This document shows positions 1 to 14,357 of a stretch of DNA of 64,000 nt, in pieces. The notes under the pieces are model-generated. The model had not been told where the DNA came from. It saw only the letters and a list, made by a program, of their open reading frames with translations, and did not search any database. Every line of letters starts with the position of its first letter. Position 1 is the first letter of the stretch. A program made the translations under genes and the position numbers. The DNA is from Saccostrea echinata (lineage: Eukaryota), in assembly GCF_033153115.1 (NCBI RefSeq), contig NW_026889803.1:3534001-3598000 (forward strand). The letters run 5' to 3'.

Positions 1-83
1 TCACAGCTACAATGAATATGCTAGACAAACATATTTTAAAAAGAAATGAAAATTCCAAATTTTTATGGAATTCCATATACAAC

Positions 84-150
84 AGCCAACTGCTTACTGC
101 CAACTGCTCACTACTTACTGCCAACTGCTCACTGCTTACTGCCAACCGCC
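84..150. repeat. Short tandem repeat of gccaactgct(c/t)act units
   Basis: Reiterated gccaactgcttact / gccaactgctcact motifs seen directly. Confidence 0.75.
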
Positions 151-209
151 ACACATATTTGAATAAATTTTCATATTTATATTGATATTTATGTGAATTT
201 TCATAAAAC

Positions 210-541
210 CAGGCGCGGATCCAGGAATTTTTTCCAGGAGGGGTCCACCCCAGTAAAAAAAATCCAACCCAGGATTTTCTTGACAAGAAAAAAAAAAACA
301 AAAACGTAAACTCCTTTCCTGAACGTGAAAAACCTATTTCGGCCGGGGGGGGGGGGGGGGTTGATATCTTATGCTTCATATTTATGACTTTTCATATCCA
401 CTTAACACGGATCCGCGTTTTCTAGGGCGGGGTTCAAGGTCACTTTAAATTGGTTTAGTATATACATTAAATAACTACAAATTTCAGGGGGTGGTCCGGA
501 CCCCCCTCCCACCGACCCCCCCCCCCTCCAAATCCGTATAT
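210..541. mobile_element. GC-rich MITE-like element(s) with GCGGATCC-type inverted termini and poly-G/poly-C tracts
   Basis: caggcgcggatccagg at 210, inverted ggatccgcg near 409-417, degenerate ccctccaaatccgtatatg at the right end; G/C runs in AT-rich background. Confidence 0.55.
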
Positions 542-623
542 GTAAAACATAACTTATTTGGGAAAACATAGAGATATTACGAAAACCCATTGAGCTCATT
601 TTCGTAGGTAAAAAAAATCTATT

Positions 624-770
624 TTTCGCGTTATAACGCGAAACTTTCGCGAATAAACGCGTAACTTTCGCGTTATAACGCGTAACTTTCGCGTTATAAC
701 GTGTAACTTTCGCGAATAAACGCTTAACTTTCGCAAATAAACGCGAAACTTTCGCGTTATAACGCGAAAT
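624..770. repeat. Minisatellite, 7 x 21 bp palindromic unit tttcgcgttataacgcg(t/a)aac
   Basis: Seven consecutive units counted; core tttcgcgttataacgcgaaa is a perfect palindrome. Confidence 0.9.
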
Positions 771-1545
771 TATACATATATAGTCATGTTACTCAGGAAC
801 CTGTGATCTTGACTGACAGATAAAAAACATGAACGCAGAGGGGGACTTCTATGAATTTATAAATGACATTTCTTCAGAAGATGTATAAGAGAACTGATGC
901 GAGAAATGGATAGAATATAGTGTTGATTTTGCATTTAATCTCAAAACCCTACTAATGAATTAAATGAATATTCCTTTAAAGATTTTCTTGTTTTTCACTT
1001 GTTGAATCCAAGAAATTCTGTAGACTAATTTTTTTCTCAGGAAGATCTCCACTCGTTGCTTTCTTTGAATAAATTGTCGTTGTTTTCGTAAGTAATGGTA
1101 TGACCAAGTGGTGCAACCTTAAAATACAATGTTGTAATTCTACAGTGAGTCTATCGGAGATGAAATATTTGATACAAATATTTGTCATCCAATTTTCACA
1201 TGAGGTTACTCATGTGATGTGACACAATTGTTCCATGAAATATACAAATTTACCTCATTGTTGTCAATTTTCTGAGATCTTTTATTTCAAATTCTATAGA
1301 GAGTGTTCAATCTAATTAAAATTAGACAGTTTCGTAGTTTGTATTTTCGCTCCTCTACTATACGCTTCAACACTTGTATTGAACAGCATTGAGAAAGACA
1401 AAATGTGACGGCAAAAAAGATTTAGAAAGAGAATTTTTTAAGATCAGGGTGAAAATTTAAGTTAGTTAACTTAATTTTTTATGTAGAGTGGGTCTTCATA
1501 CAAAATTTTTGCAAGTGTAAAAAGCAACATCTTTCCATTTTTAAT

Positions 1546-1623
1546 TTTTATCCAACAAGTTATGTGTTTTTTATCCCCGAGCCTTGGCGAGGGGATAAAA
1601 AACACACAACGAGTTGGATAAAA
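1546..1623. repeat. 33-bp inverted repeat (hairpin), probably part of a non-autonomous DNA element extending to ~1840
   Basis: ttttatccaacaagttatgtgttttttatcccc (1546-1578) pairs with 1591-1623 at 30/33; further gggataaa motifs near 1815-1840. Confidence 0.7.
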
Positions 1624-2329
1624 GTCATATCCAACTACAAATCATGGGAGATTCTTTTTATCTCATGTTTAATACTTCACAACCAATGTTTTACACTGTT
1701 TTATATTGGACTCCACTTTATTTTACTTCATCATGCTAACGCAAAAACCATTGTGACGTCACAACTGCACTTAACTGTGGGTTATGAAAAAAATATCCAA
1801 TGAGTCATATCCACGGGATAAAGGGGTAAACATGGGATAAAAGGAAGTTGTAGTTTAAATACTAGTACAGGTAATGGAGTTATCTCTCTTTGACCATATT
1901 GTTAGTGTGTGACTAGCTACATATATATTTATATTGCAAAAAATTGTTAGCTACAGGCAGCAGTTACACTATATTGATAATTGATTCAAATGACAAATGC
2001 ACATTATAAAATTAATGTTTTTGTTTCATTATTATGTTTGCGCGTTAAGTATAAGCTATTATAGTTTGAACATTATTGATGAAGTTTTATAGTACATGTA
2101 TTATGATAGATACATCATGTGACTTTGATGCAGATGATTTATTGATAGGTTACAAAGTTCTAGTCTTTTTAAATATTTATTGATTAAATACTAATCTAAG
2201 AATGTTTATAATGATTTTGTTTAGTACAAAACTTGTTTGTTCACAATGGATAAAAAGCTAATATTAAAAGGTCTAGTATGAGTTTTAGATTTTTTATCAG
2301 GTCAGTGTATATTTATATCAACCAAAATC

Positions 2330-2359
2330 TTTTCTTTTTCTTCTTCTTCTTCTTTTTTT

Positions 2360-2394
<35 letters not shown>

Positions 2395-2400
2395 TTTTTT
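2330..2400. repeat. (TTC)n + (TTTA)n microsatellite
   Basis: Direct reading. Confidence 0.9.
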
Positions 2401-4876
2401 TGCCTGGGTAGAATTCAAGAGTGCTGAACCCATTTCATATTTACTTTACAACACAAAGTATACTCTAGAAAAAAAAAAAACAAAAAAACTTGGCATCGAA
2501 TTTTTATTTCGTTCCCACGAATGTTTTTTTTTTCGTGGCCACGAAATACTGTTTTAGAATTCAGCATCTTTTCATAGAAAATTAAAATAACAGCTTGAAA
2601 TTAAGATAGCAACTCGAAAATTCAAGACACTATTTTAAAAATTCGAGAGAAAGAGGTGAATATTCAAAAAGCTACCATAAAAAAAACACTAAAAAATTAA
2701 ACTTCAAAATCAAACTTCATCGTAAATCCAATGTTTTCTTAAAGCATTCTAAATGGTCGAAACATTTACTTCAGTATTGGCGTCACACCGGTCAAGGTCC
2801 GAAAACTGAATCACTCAGGCGGGAAATAGGATGCTTCCCTAATGCCTCCGTTAGTTTTGCGTAGATTTCATTTTTTGTTTTATTTTACCGTGATCTTCGG
2901 CATATCAAAAAAAATAGAACGCAACTGCAGGTAACCTTTTAATATAAATATTATAAAAATAAATAAACACTATAGAAAAATTTAAGATACTATATTCTCG
3001 TTAAATGATACTGATTTCAAGATAACATGGTCAAAAGAAAAGATACTACAAATAGAAATTTTGATCCGATGTGAAAAAAATTAAAATTTTACATTGTTTT
3101 TAAGATATTTTATCGGATTCTGACGAAGGCAACCTGAACCCTTGCCCCTAGAATGAGAACACTTTGATTAAATATCAGGAAGGAGAACGCAAGAAAGCAA
3201 AATTGCGAGGAAACGAAATGAGCATCACCATCACATTCAATAAATGTTGTTCCCTCGTCCTCGCCTTATCGCACTTCGCCTTCTCCGACAGTCTCCTCAG
3301 ATCCTTGTTGTCTCCCCTTATCAGTACACCATAATAAGTTAAGATTCAAGATCTATGAAAACTACAAATTGCAAGTGAAGATAGCTCCTTTAAGAGTTCA
3401 CCTATTAGAATCAAACTACGGGGGAGGAGAAGCTTAATAAAGCAAAAAGGTGTAATAACGCGTAAAAAAGGCGTTTTTCAGTCTTTTTAAAAAGGCATTA
3501 CTATGACTATTGAAAGTGTAGTACCACCTTTTGTACACATGTTTGAAGACTGAAGTTTTCAATTTATTTGAACTTTCAAAGTACATGTACTATTTGTGTT
3601 TAAAATTCATTTTATTGATGCGAAGATTATGATATCTCAACTATTTCGTGTAAGATTCTCAGCTAACATCATTTGTTAAACCGAAGCGCCAGTATTTCTA
3701 TGTAGATTATATTTATATATTAAACAAGGTTGCACCTTTACATAATTTATACTGGACGACTAACACACGTCTAGAAAATTGCAAAATAAATAATATACAC
3801 TAATTGCAATTTATATATTGGCACTTGAAGACAGTGTATGAATTTAATTCTAGTACACTGATGGGGACGTGGCGTAGAAGATAAGAAATTTCATGATGGG
3901 ATATTTCAGCCTCCCAGAAGGTGAAACATAGGCTCCTGCATGGCTAGGTTGGTTTCAAGAAGTAGAAGTTCCACCTATCAAAAAATAGGTAAGACTTATC
4001 TTAAATATTAATAGAGGAAGGACTAAATTGAATAGAAGAAGTATATTCAATATTCGTCAACGAATGTATGATAAAGGACACACGGATAAGACGAAAGAGC
4101 ATCCACTGATAAAATGAGCAGTGAAATACATTTCAATATTTAATGCCTCACATATATTTTTTTTTAATTTCAGTTTCTCTATGTTGATTAAAATTTCAGT
4201 CTTTTTGAATTGAATAGGATTAAATAGATTGTTTAAGAACAGTTTTAATCATTGATATTAAGTCACATTAATTCTTCCTTCAAGATGACAAAACTGAATG
4301 CATGGTGAAAGCCAAATTTCTGTAATTAATTTTGCTAAATCATTTCACATTGCAACTTAAAAAAAGAAGGTATTCTAATATGAAAACAAAATCAGTGGTT
4401 TCCTAATAACATTTCCATGGGTACCTACATATGTACTGAACTGTATATATGCATTGTAGTACCTTGACGATTCGGGGAAAAACATAGAAACACAGATTTT
4501 TTTTTTATCAATTTAATGATGTATGATAAGAAAATATCACAGACGATAATTAGATATATAGAAATTTTACTTATAAACAACACCAAAAGTTAGAAATAAA
4601 ATAATGACCATTCACATTGTTGTTTGGCACAAAAGGAATACTTTTATTTTTCGCTTTATGTAAATTATCAACCAAATTAAATACCAGTGCAGCTATTTAC
4701 AAAACCTCTGTGTGTTAATCACAACAATTCAGACGCCATACAAAATACAAAATATTCTTTCATAATGAAAGAGAAATGATCTACAGCGAGCCAAAGACGC
4801 CAAACAGTCATCCAAACCATCCACGATATGGGAAAGATAAAAAACTTAGTGAGTCAAATTGAAAATATTCTTTAAT

Positions 4877-6345
4877 CTAGGTCGGAACATTCTGAGCATC
4901 GTCGACCTTATTCCAGCTGGTACTAGAGCGCCTGAGCCCTGAACCTTTGGCGTTAGGTTTGCCTTTCTGTTTAGAGTCCTTGGCACTACCTACTTGTCGC
5001 TTGGTGTGGATGACCAACCCCAACGCCACAAGGGATAGGACGAACGTGGCGAACAACAGAGCGTAATTCACGATATCCAAAATCGTCATACATATGCTAC
5101 CCACAACAAATCCTGGAAAAAGAATCAAAATAGCGGTAAACACGTGTCGGAACATTCGTAAAATATCGCATATTTCGATTCTCTTCATAACAGTATAATT
5201 AATTGTCTTATCAAGTGAATAGAAGTTGATTACCATTATTTACAGTAATTTTGGGAGATTGTTTGTTTATATGCATAATATGTTCTGGGAAATTGAGGAC
5301 AATACCTGTTTGACCAGCTTTTTCACATGCATCTGGTTGTGGGCACTGTTCTTTATCATATAAGGACATTTTTACATCTGGAATAAAAGAATATAGTATA
5401 GATTATAGCACTTCCTGTGTCTTTGATTGATGGAAATAACCCAAAGTACAGGTTATGATGATCAAAAATCTTACTTTCATATGCTGTAGGAGATCCACAG
5501 ACGGCGTCTCCGTTCATGGTTATGTTGTTGCTCTCTAGCCAGGATGGGGGCCAGATATTGGTGCAAGTGCATGCCCAGGGGATGCCGTATAGTTCAACAG
5601 TCGTTAGGGAGTTGATGCCTTTGAACAAGTCCGTTGGGAGATATGTGAAGGGGTTATTGCTCAAAGAAAGATATGTCATCTTCTGAAGAGCGTAGAACAT
5701 ATCTGTTTGAATAGATTTTAGGTTGGCATTTTCGATTATAACACTAGTTACATTTGATTGTGAAAAAAGGGCACCAAAAGCAAATCCTCCTGAAACTAGG
5801 CGACTGTTCTTAATAACAAATTCTCCCCGGGGGTCCGGTACCGTGGTCATTTTTTCAACATTCATCCCTGTAAAGCTGTCTCCAACCATAGCGTCGATTG
5901 ATCCTCCAATAATCGCAAATCGGTTCAAATTCCCAAAATTTGAAAATACTTGAACAGGAAGTGATAAAATATCGCAATCTTCAATCGTCAGCTCCTCTAC
6001 CCAACCCATGTCCGCAAAGGCAGCTTGAGTGATGATAAGTTGTCCGTTAGAGGTGCATCTAATGATCAGTTCCGGGGCATAATTGGAATCAAAACTCGCA
6101 GTACTGATGGAGGAAAATCCCGAAAACGTAGGTCCGGTCGGGGTACCGTTTGGGAGCTCTCCATCAACTTCCCTCAACAAAATCCTCTGGGGCTGGGGCG
6201 AGAATGTTCCGAAGGCCAAAGGGAGGGACCAAGCTCTGGCGTTACATGTGTGTAGGAGCTGTGAGGAGTCGTAACTACAACCCTGTGGATTACCGTACAC
6301 CCTCGAACACACAGCTAAGACCACGAGGACAGAAATTAGAGACAT
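4877..6345 (-). CDS. LRR single-pass membrane protein, paralog 1 (392 aa)
   Basis: Exons 6345-5475, 5377-5306 (72 nt), 5112-4877; GT-AG phase-1 introns, total 1179 nt in frame. Signal peptide, NPQGC cap, LRRs (YLSLSNNPF), LRRCT (PWACTC..VC..QC), TM helix, tail ending RRSSTSWNKVDDAQNVPT. Confidence 0.9.
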
Positions 6346-8173
6346 AATTGTCCAGTTTTTTCCTCTGTCTTTCAGAAATTACATTGAAGATATTTTTATC
6401 TCCAAAATCCAGTGGAATGAAAATGGCCGTGAATTTGCCCAGAAAGGTCTTTCAATATTAACTTGAAATGTTCTTGTATCCAGTGATCCGTGAAATCATT
6501 AAACACTGCAAAGGTAGATCACACTCAAAAGTTTATAATTCTTATTGATTTAAATTCTTAAATATGGAACACGGTTTTCACGGATAAAGACTAAGAAGAT
6601 TGAAAAATAAGAAAGACATTTAACCTGTTTATTCCAACGATTACAGAAATTGTTGGCACAGTATAATTGTAAAATTAATATGCATTGCGGCTTGAATATT
6701 TCTTAAATTAAAAATTCATAAATTAAACCCAAGTACAAAATACTTGCATGGCTTCCTCTGAAAAAGAAGGGGAACACAATTGATAGATGTTAAGAATACA
6801 AGCAGAAATTAAAGAAATCTAAACATTTTTTACATTTCCATTTTTTAGTAGAAACTTCAAAACACACATACTGAGTGTCCAGTTCTTCAAAGTTTTAAAA
6901 TGTTGGAATATGCTCAAAGTATTGCGATGTGTCCACTATTTTCAGCAAGACACACCTTTAAAAAACAAAGACAATAAAAATTCTTCAGAGGAAACATTTT
7001 ATTGTTTGTATTCAGTTTTTCTGACTATGGAACAGGTCCTAAATCCCTTTGAATTATAAGTGGATTACAGGTTTGTGCTCAGAAAGGACATTTAAGGTGT
7101 GAGGTCTTCTACGTTCTTTATAGTCTGAATCTCCATGAAAGCAAGAAAACAAAAGCAAACAGCGACCCAGTAGCCTGACATACATTTAACTCCTAAGCCT
7201 CATTACGATCAGCACTCAAGAGTTTAAGCTATAATTGGAAACAAATACCTCATTATGACATGTGGATAATCTTATATTGAAAACATAAGTATTTCAATTG
7301 ACCCGGTAAGGTAGTGGTTGGGCCATAGTTTTCTTTACTTCAATTTTGGGTTTCGGGTCTGCGTATTTAATGATTTTTGAGCACAATAGAAATTTTTTTT
7401 GCAGACCTCATATAGTTTAAATCACTGATAATAAGGAAGATTTCTGGTAATTTTAATAAACTCCCATTTCGAAGTTAATCTGGTAAAGCTTTTAGGCATG
7501 TTTCAGGAAGATAATATATACTGACATATTTTTTTTTTAAATCTAGGCTTACAAAGCAGGATCAGACCAATCAAAAAGTTCCCTTTGAACATTGACTGGT
7601 GTTGATGAAATTCCATTTATGAATATTTGAACTTGTTCCGTTATTGAATGAGAGAAACAAAAAAAAATCAATGAAATATTTTTTTATCTCCTAAATGTCA
7701 TTGAACATACTAGTATGGAAAAGAAATAGGAACGCCCACCTCCATCTTCCGACAAGTATTACTAAGAAATTATCAATATAACATATTTTCAATGATTTTA
7801 TTGAGTATAATACATTAACATTATTAACATAAGTGAACTAGTGCACAAAGGTAAAAATCAATGTAACAAAATAATTAAATAATTTAACCAGCATCATACA
7901 TATAAAAGTTTCCATGAAAGTATCAATATCATAACATCATACCATATATCAAAAAATGGCATCTGAAAAAAAGACGTGTATATACATTACTCTACAATAG
8001 ATACCTAATGAACGTTTAGGTAGCTCTCACAAAATGAAACGCCTAGTATTAATGCTATTCTTAACGTTTAGAACTTGGAAAGATTTTGACATACATAACC
8101 ACGGATAAATACAAAACAAAGGCAAGATACTTAAAACGTGGAAGATATGTCAGAGCTCGTTAGACCCTTAATC

Positions 8174-9646
8174 TTATTCCCATCCAGTTTTCGTTGGGAA
8201 CGGGGGTTTCTGTGAAGCCCCTCCTCCGCCTGCTTCCTTCTTTTTCATCATCTCCTGCACCCGTCCCCATGAAGTGGCCCTCTTGTTTTTCAGCCTATTT
8301 TGGACATCTTTTAAGTCCTTGCGAACCTTGCAGATGATTATCAGGGCGATGGTAGATATGACGATTGTGATGACTACAATACCATAGCATATCAAGTCCA
8401 CCATCAGAATGCATGTAGCTGAACCCATAACGACACCTGGATAAAATATAAATTATAACCTTTTTGAATGTCTAAGTAATGATTTTTAGTTGACACATCA
8501 TTCTTGCTAACATATGGTTGTGGAAAAATAAAAATAAGAGGACGCTTCGTTGATATAGACATAGAAGTTGATTTTGAAATAAATGAAGGCTTTTAGCATT
8601 GCCTTACCTAAATTGGGTTCACAAGCGTTGGACTTTGGACAGACTTCATTCCAGTACTTTGTTGCCTTCTTATCTAAATAACATAAAATGTTCTAGAAAA
8701 CTGCAAAGGAATGAAAATATTGCATATCATTTATCACAAGTAAACAGAAATATTGAAGTTTCTTACAATTATATTCTGTAGGTGTGTCACAAAGTGGGCC
8801 ACCACTAAGCCTGAGATTCTGTTGAATGCTGTAATCTAGGAACCAGAGATTGTCACAAGAACATGCCCAATTGTTTCCCTCCATATTAACCTCAGTGAGT
8901 GCTCGTAGCTCATCGAAGATTCCCGAAGTAATATTTGTCAAGTCGTTATTAGCCAAGCTAAGATAGTGAAGACTAGTCAAGTTGGTGAATGTGGTTGGTG
9001 CAATATAATCTAGACTGGTTCTCTCCATGATAAGGTATTCCAAAGATGGTAGCGACCCAAACAGGCCGTCGGGTAGGGTACCTGTGATTGGACAATCCCT
9101 TATGATGATTCCACTCTCCTCTGCCGTGATGTTCATTTTGGAGATTGTCAGTCCTGTGAACGTTCCCGCGTTTATTGAGGTTATTTTCCCGCCTTGAATG
9201 GTCAGCTTACTCAAGGTCAATCCGTTAAATACGGAGGCTGGGAAGGATGTGATGGGACAGTTTATAATAGCTACTTCTTGTGCGTTTGGAAACTGCGAAA
9301 ACGCATTGGCACCGAAAGAAAAGGTAGAAATTCCTGATTTGCATTTGATAGTTATTGTATGAGGAAATTTAGGACTAAATCCGGAAGTTGAAGCACTTGA
9401 AAATCCTGTAAACTGACTGGATTGAAATGAGCTCTGATATTCCACAAACTCCAGTCTCTGCCATGACAGGGTTGTAAAGGAAGAATGAGACAAAGGCGTT
9501 GAGAATGACCCATAGGTACACTGAGTCGGTATGGTGGAATCCAGGTTTCCGGGCTTCGCCACACAGCCTGTGGGGTTCGCCCTTACCCAAGGAAATAACG
9601 ATATACAAACAGCTATCAAAAGTTTGTCCGCCATTTTGACGGACAT
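8174..9646 (-). CDS. LRR single-pass membrane protein, paralog 2 (402 aa; 398 aa if ATG at 9634)
   Basis: Exons 9646-8767, 8673-8608 (66 nt, YKKATKYWNEVCPKSNACEPNLG), 8436-8174; GT-AG phase 1; LRRCT NNWACSC; TM; tail KNKRATSWGRVQEMM...QKPPFPTKTGWE. Confidence 0.92.
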
Positions 9647-10619
9647 GTTTTATTTGTGCTAGCTGTTTCCTACATGGTATAAAAGTTGTCCTTCACATTG
9701 TTAATTAAACGCATGGCCTAAGACCAAACCTAATCCATAACCTACTTAATTTAAGCTATTAAAAACGCAAGCATATATGAACTTTCTCAAGAAGTATAAA
9801 GGATTATGCATTTTCATAAGAGATTATTGAGACTCTGGACTGAGTAGGTCAGTCGTGATTAGATTGCTTTTTGGATTACACAGGGGATTTAAACAAAAAA
9901 TTAGAGATAATCTAGTTCTAAATGCGAAATCAATGATTAGCACACCAGAGAATGAAATTAATTTAGGGATGGTAATATATCATTATCAATTTCACTTAAA
10001 AGAAAATCACAACTGCAAAACAAAATAGCTTAGTTTAAAACTGATGAACGGTACTTATTTACTAGTAGTATGTAATGCCGGTATATTAATATATACTTTT
10101 GCTACTATATACACTGATAAACATGTATTTGTAACAAAGATTTGCATCAAGCAAAAGCTATAAAACAACGATCGTGTTTATATGCAAAAATTTTGTTGTA
10201 TGGCTAAGTATCGCAAACACTTCCGAAAACTGACCCGAAATTTATGCCTCAAAATGCGAAATTACAGGAAACCGAATTCAAAATTTATGAGTCGTAATGC
10301 AAAATTTATGTGCCATGTGCATGTTTTACAGTATCCGTTTGCTATACATGTACCCACTCATGATGGTAGATGCAGCCCGAGAAACAAAGACCTATGAAAA
10401 TAAATGGCCGAATATATAAAACAGGGATCCTGGTACTTTTTCCTCTTATCAAATTAAATTTAAAAAAAAAATGTCAGGAATTCTCAAAACCTATCATGCT
10501 TCTTGAAATGGGACGTCCTCGCCACTCGATATAAAATTCAAACTTGCAAGGACTGTATTTGTATTATTCTTTTATAGTTCTTACATAAACAATTCAACCC
10601 AATGAAAAGGCTGTTCAAA

Positions 10620-11990
10620 GAAGCATCTAATCACCACTGTATCTTCTAAGAAATCTGTATATTTCTTAATTACTCTATCATCTGTTGTGAACCCTTCCAT
10701 CAACTCTACTTCATCCTCCATCTGTAACGAACATCTGTACCACCTTCCAAGACGTTAAATGTGTCATCTGAAATGACATCTATTGTATCAGCACCAAAAA
10801 GTAAATTGTATATTATCTTTGATAAATTCTTCTTTATCATCTGTTATAAGCATTCATGTTCATTTCCCAATCAGTTTTAAAATCACCCCCAAAGAAGACA
10901 AATAAATTATCTCTATTGAACCCATATTTTATCATCTCTCTAGATAAACTGTATCGGCTCCCAGAAAGTTTAATGTATCATCTCTAATGATTTCAATCAT
11001 CTCCCAAGTAGTGAACTGTTTAACCCCCCCCCCCCTCAGGAAATTAGGTGTATTATCTTTTATGAACTCTATCATCTCCAATAAACCGTTCACGGTAGCT
11101 CAGTCGGTAGAGCGCTCGCTCCGTGATGGGGAGGTCGTGAGTTCGAATCTCGGACCTAAGTCGATAAAAAATGGGTAGCAACTGTTCCTTCGCCATGCGC
11201 TCGGTACTTTGAAGTGAAAGTTGCGGGTCCTTCGGATGAGACCTTAAAAACCGAGGCCCCGTGTCACGGCAGGCGTTGGCACGATAAAGATCCTTCACTG
11301 CTCAATGGCCCTGAGTGCCGAGTAAAGGTCAAAATTTGAAGCCCTTCACCGGTATATGGTGACGTCTCTATATGAGTGAAAAATTCTCGAATGGGAAGAA
11401 AACCTTATGACCTCCAAAAAATTTAACTGCATCATCTATAACGAACTGGACGTTATCAACTCCCAATTAGTCATCCGAATTAGCTCTCAGAAAGTCAAAT
11501 GTATCATCTCTAATGAACTCTATCACATGTATTGAACACTTCTATATCATCTCCCAGTAGGCCTACTATATCATCTCCCATTAAGCCAATTGCATCTCTT
11601 CCCAAGATGAACTCTACTCTATAATCTGTAATATCTCTTCTGTGTCATCTTTCGATATATCTAAATCTAATGAATTCATGTACATGTATCATCTGTTATG
11701 GACTCTACTGCATGTATCATCTCATAATAATCTACTGTTCCTCTCCAAATAACAATGCTTCATCATTTGTTGACTTCTCAAGAAGGAAGAAGTCAATCGA
11801 ATCACCTCCCAAGACGTCGATGTATAAGATTTACTTTTATCACTTTATAAGAACTGCATCACATCCTAAGAAGTCAAATGTATCATCTCTAATGAATTCT
11901 TTCATCGGCAACTAACTCTGTTGTATCATTTACCAATAAGTCTACTGTAACTTCTTTAATAAAGCGTATGAAACATTTGTAATGATATCT
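10620..11990. repeat. Degenerate low-complexity tandem region rich in (a/t)tcatct / aactcta motifs, interrupted by a SINE
   Basis: Recurrent tcatctc, aatgaactct and aagtcaaatgtatcatctctaatgaa (two near-identical copies ~11490 and ~11870). Confidence 0.55.
11086..11411 (+). mobile_element. tRNA-derived V-domain SINE (BivaV-SINE-like), near full length
   Basis: Box A TAGCTCAGTCGG, box B GTTCGAATC, V-domain-like core tcggatgagaccttaaaaaccgaggccccgtgt...taaagatcc, tail gacgtctctatatgagtgaaaaattctcg; candidate TSD ctccaataaa (11076-11085) / ctccaaaaaa (11412-11421). Confidence 0.85.
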
Positions 11991-12456
11991 AAATTACCAG
12001 CGCCGAAAAAAGTCTTTGAGAACCATTCCTAATTTCCTATTCTAGCATCTGTTCTAGATGTCTTATAGTTGTAGTAGCTTTTCTTAACCACTGTTTTTAT
12101 CGTCAGGCTTAAAGAATTAACGTTCGTCCATTCATTTACTGCGTTCACATTCACATTATCGGGTAAAAAATCTAACAGGACAAATATACATCATGAAAAC
12201 GATTTATACAAGAATCCTGTATTTCATAACAATTGAAATGAGTTGTAACAATTTATATTAAAAAATAAGCAAAGCAGAAAAACATGATCATTTTAGTGAC
12301 AACAAACAACAAAACGAACACGAGAAATATGATTAACAATCGGTTATCAAAACCAAAAGAAACAATTGCTTATTCATGAAAATATTAGATTAATCATACA
12401 ACATTCACATGAGTTCATAATGATAATAAAAAAGAATAATCTTATTCATTCTTGTT

Positions 12457-13892
12457 TTAGATCCATCCGTTTTTGCCGACTGGAGGTTTTTGTTTTGCTC
12501 CGCTCCGTTGTTTCATAGCTTCCTGTACCCTATTCCAAGAGCTGGCCCGTTTGTTCTTCATTCTTCTCTGTACCCTTGTGAGTTCTTTCCGAGTCTTACA
12601 GATACAGCCAAGTGCCAAGCAGGAGAGGACGAGGATGATTAAAAGCAAGATGAAGCTCATCAGTTGGTATAGTGGCATACAGCTACTACCCATAGCCAGT
12701 CCTAAAAAGCCAAAAATATATATAGATCTACCATTTCTTTATAGTCCAGAGAAAATCATTTTCCTTTGATCTTTTTCGACAATTAAAATATCAGAATTTG
12801 TATTCAATGACTCTTGTTTGAACTCGTGTATTCTATATTTTTATATATAATGTATACGTCATATTACTCACCAACTGTATCACCACACACGTCCTCAGTA
12901 GCACAGATCTCTGAGTAGTACACCGTCACCCTCTTTGCTGAAAACACATTAAAAAATTGATAACTGCTTTACATATCAGATCTCTTTACAAATAAAAGCA
13001 TTTCATTCCTGACAACTGATAACTTACTGTCGTGAGAGGCGGGGGTTCCACACAGAGGCCCTCCCAGCAGATTGATGTGGTTCTCAGCTGTGTATTGGAG
13101 GAACCACAGATCGCTACACGTACAGGTAAACTTGTTATTCGCTAGATCCACATAAGACAGACTCTTCATATTGGTAAAGATGCCGGTAGTTATGTTAGTA
13201 ATCAGGTTGTCTTTTAGACTCAAATATTTGAGGTTAGCCAGACTTCCAATGTGGCCGACAGTGATGGTGTTCAAATTAGCGCCATTAACGGCTAGAGATT
13301 CCATGGACGTAAGGCTATCGAATACTGTTTCTGGAAGGCCTGCGGTGAGAGCACTGTTGATAGTTATACCACCAACAGCCCCAGGAATAGAGAGTCTGCT
13401 TATGTTAAGACCACTAAAAGCATTAGCATCAATAGAGTCTATTTTCCCGCCAGTGAAAATTAAATGATCCAAGAAGTGATTGGGGAAGGCGTTTGCAGGA
13501 ATTGACGTGATCGGACACTCCTGAAACTCTAACACCTGAAGAGTGGGAAACTGAGAAAATGCATTGGCAGCAACAGTGAAAGAGGTAATCCCAGGTTTAC
13601 AGATAATGGTGAGTGAATGTGGATAGGAAGAATCAAAAGAGGCGGTAGAGGCTGAAGAAAATCCCGAAAACTGACTCGATTGGACACCAGTCTGGTACTC
13701 GATCATCTCCAGTCTCTGCCATGAGAACGTAGAAAATGTGTTGGACAGTGTTCCACCTCCAGGAAGTGTACACCGAACAGGACGGACGCTATCGTAGTTT
13801 CCCGTTTTTTCCGAGCATGTTCCGGGATTTCCTTGGGTGATGGTAAATGTTAAGAAACCTAGGAAAAGGCAGAACCACTTCCCAGCCGCCAT
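12457..13892 (-). CDS. LRR single-pass membrane protein, paralog 3 (391 aa)
   Basis: Exons 13892-13028, 12937-12872 (66 nt, TKRVTVYYSEICATEDVCGDTVG), 12701-12457; GT-AG phase 1; tail KNKRASSWNRVQEAMK...QKPPVGKNGWI. Confidence 0.92.
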
Positions 13893-14269
13893 TTTAGCTG
13901 GTCTGCTTTCCGCGCTTTCTTTCTTCGTGTAAAGTTCCCTTTAACCTCAATCTGAGAGCACAAACCAGTGCCAATATTTCACTTCATTTTAGGCTAATCT
14001 TCAAATGTAAGTTCAATAATCTCCATGATCGAACACAAAGTAAAACGATTAAATTGCTCTCAATATTTTTACAAGAAATTTGGGATTATGTTTTGGAACT
14101 GGGCATTTATATCAAGTGTGAAAGTATATCGAGACGATTCAAAAGAATTTCGCATCAATTTCTTTTTTAAATCTGAAATTGCAAAACTTCAAGTTAATTT
14201 TAAGACATAACTCAAAAAAGAAAATAAAATGTCATAAAATAATTTCTTTACTTTAAAGAATACATATCT

Positions 14270-14271
<2 letters not shown>

Positions 14272-14354
<83 letters not shown>
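14272..14354. repeat. (TA)n microsatellite
   Basis: Direct reading. Confidence 0.97.

Positions 14355-14357
<3 letters not shown>

Noticed and set aside
624-770. CRISPR-like palindromic repeats
   Set aside because: Units are contiguous with no unique spacers; eukaryotic context and no cas genes.
11086-11160. Functional tRNA gene
   Set aside because: Acceptor stem does not close and the head continues into a V-domain and SINE tail.
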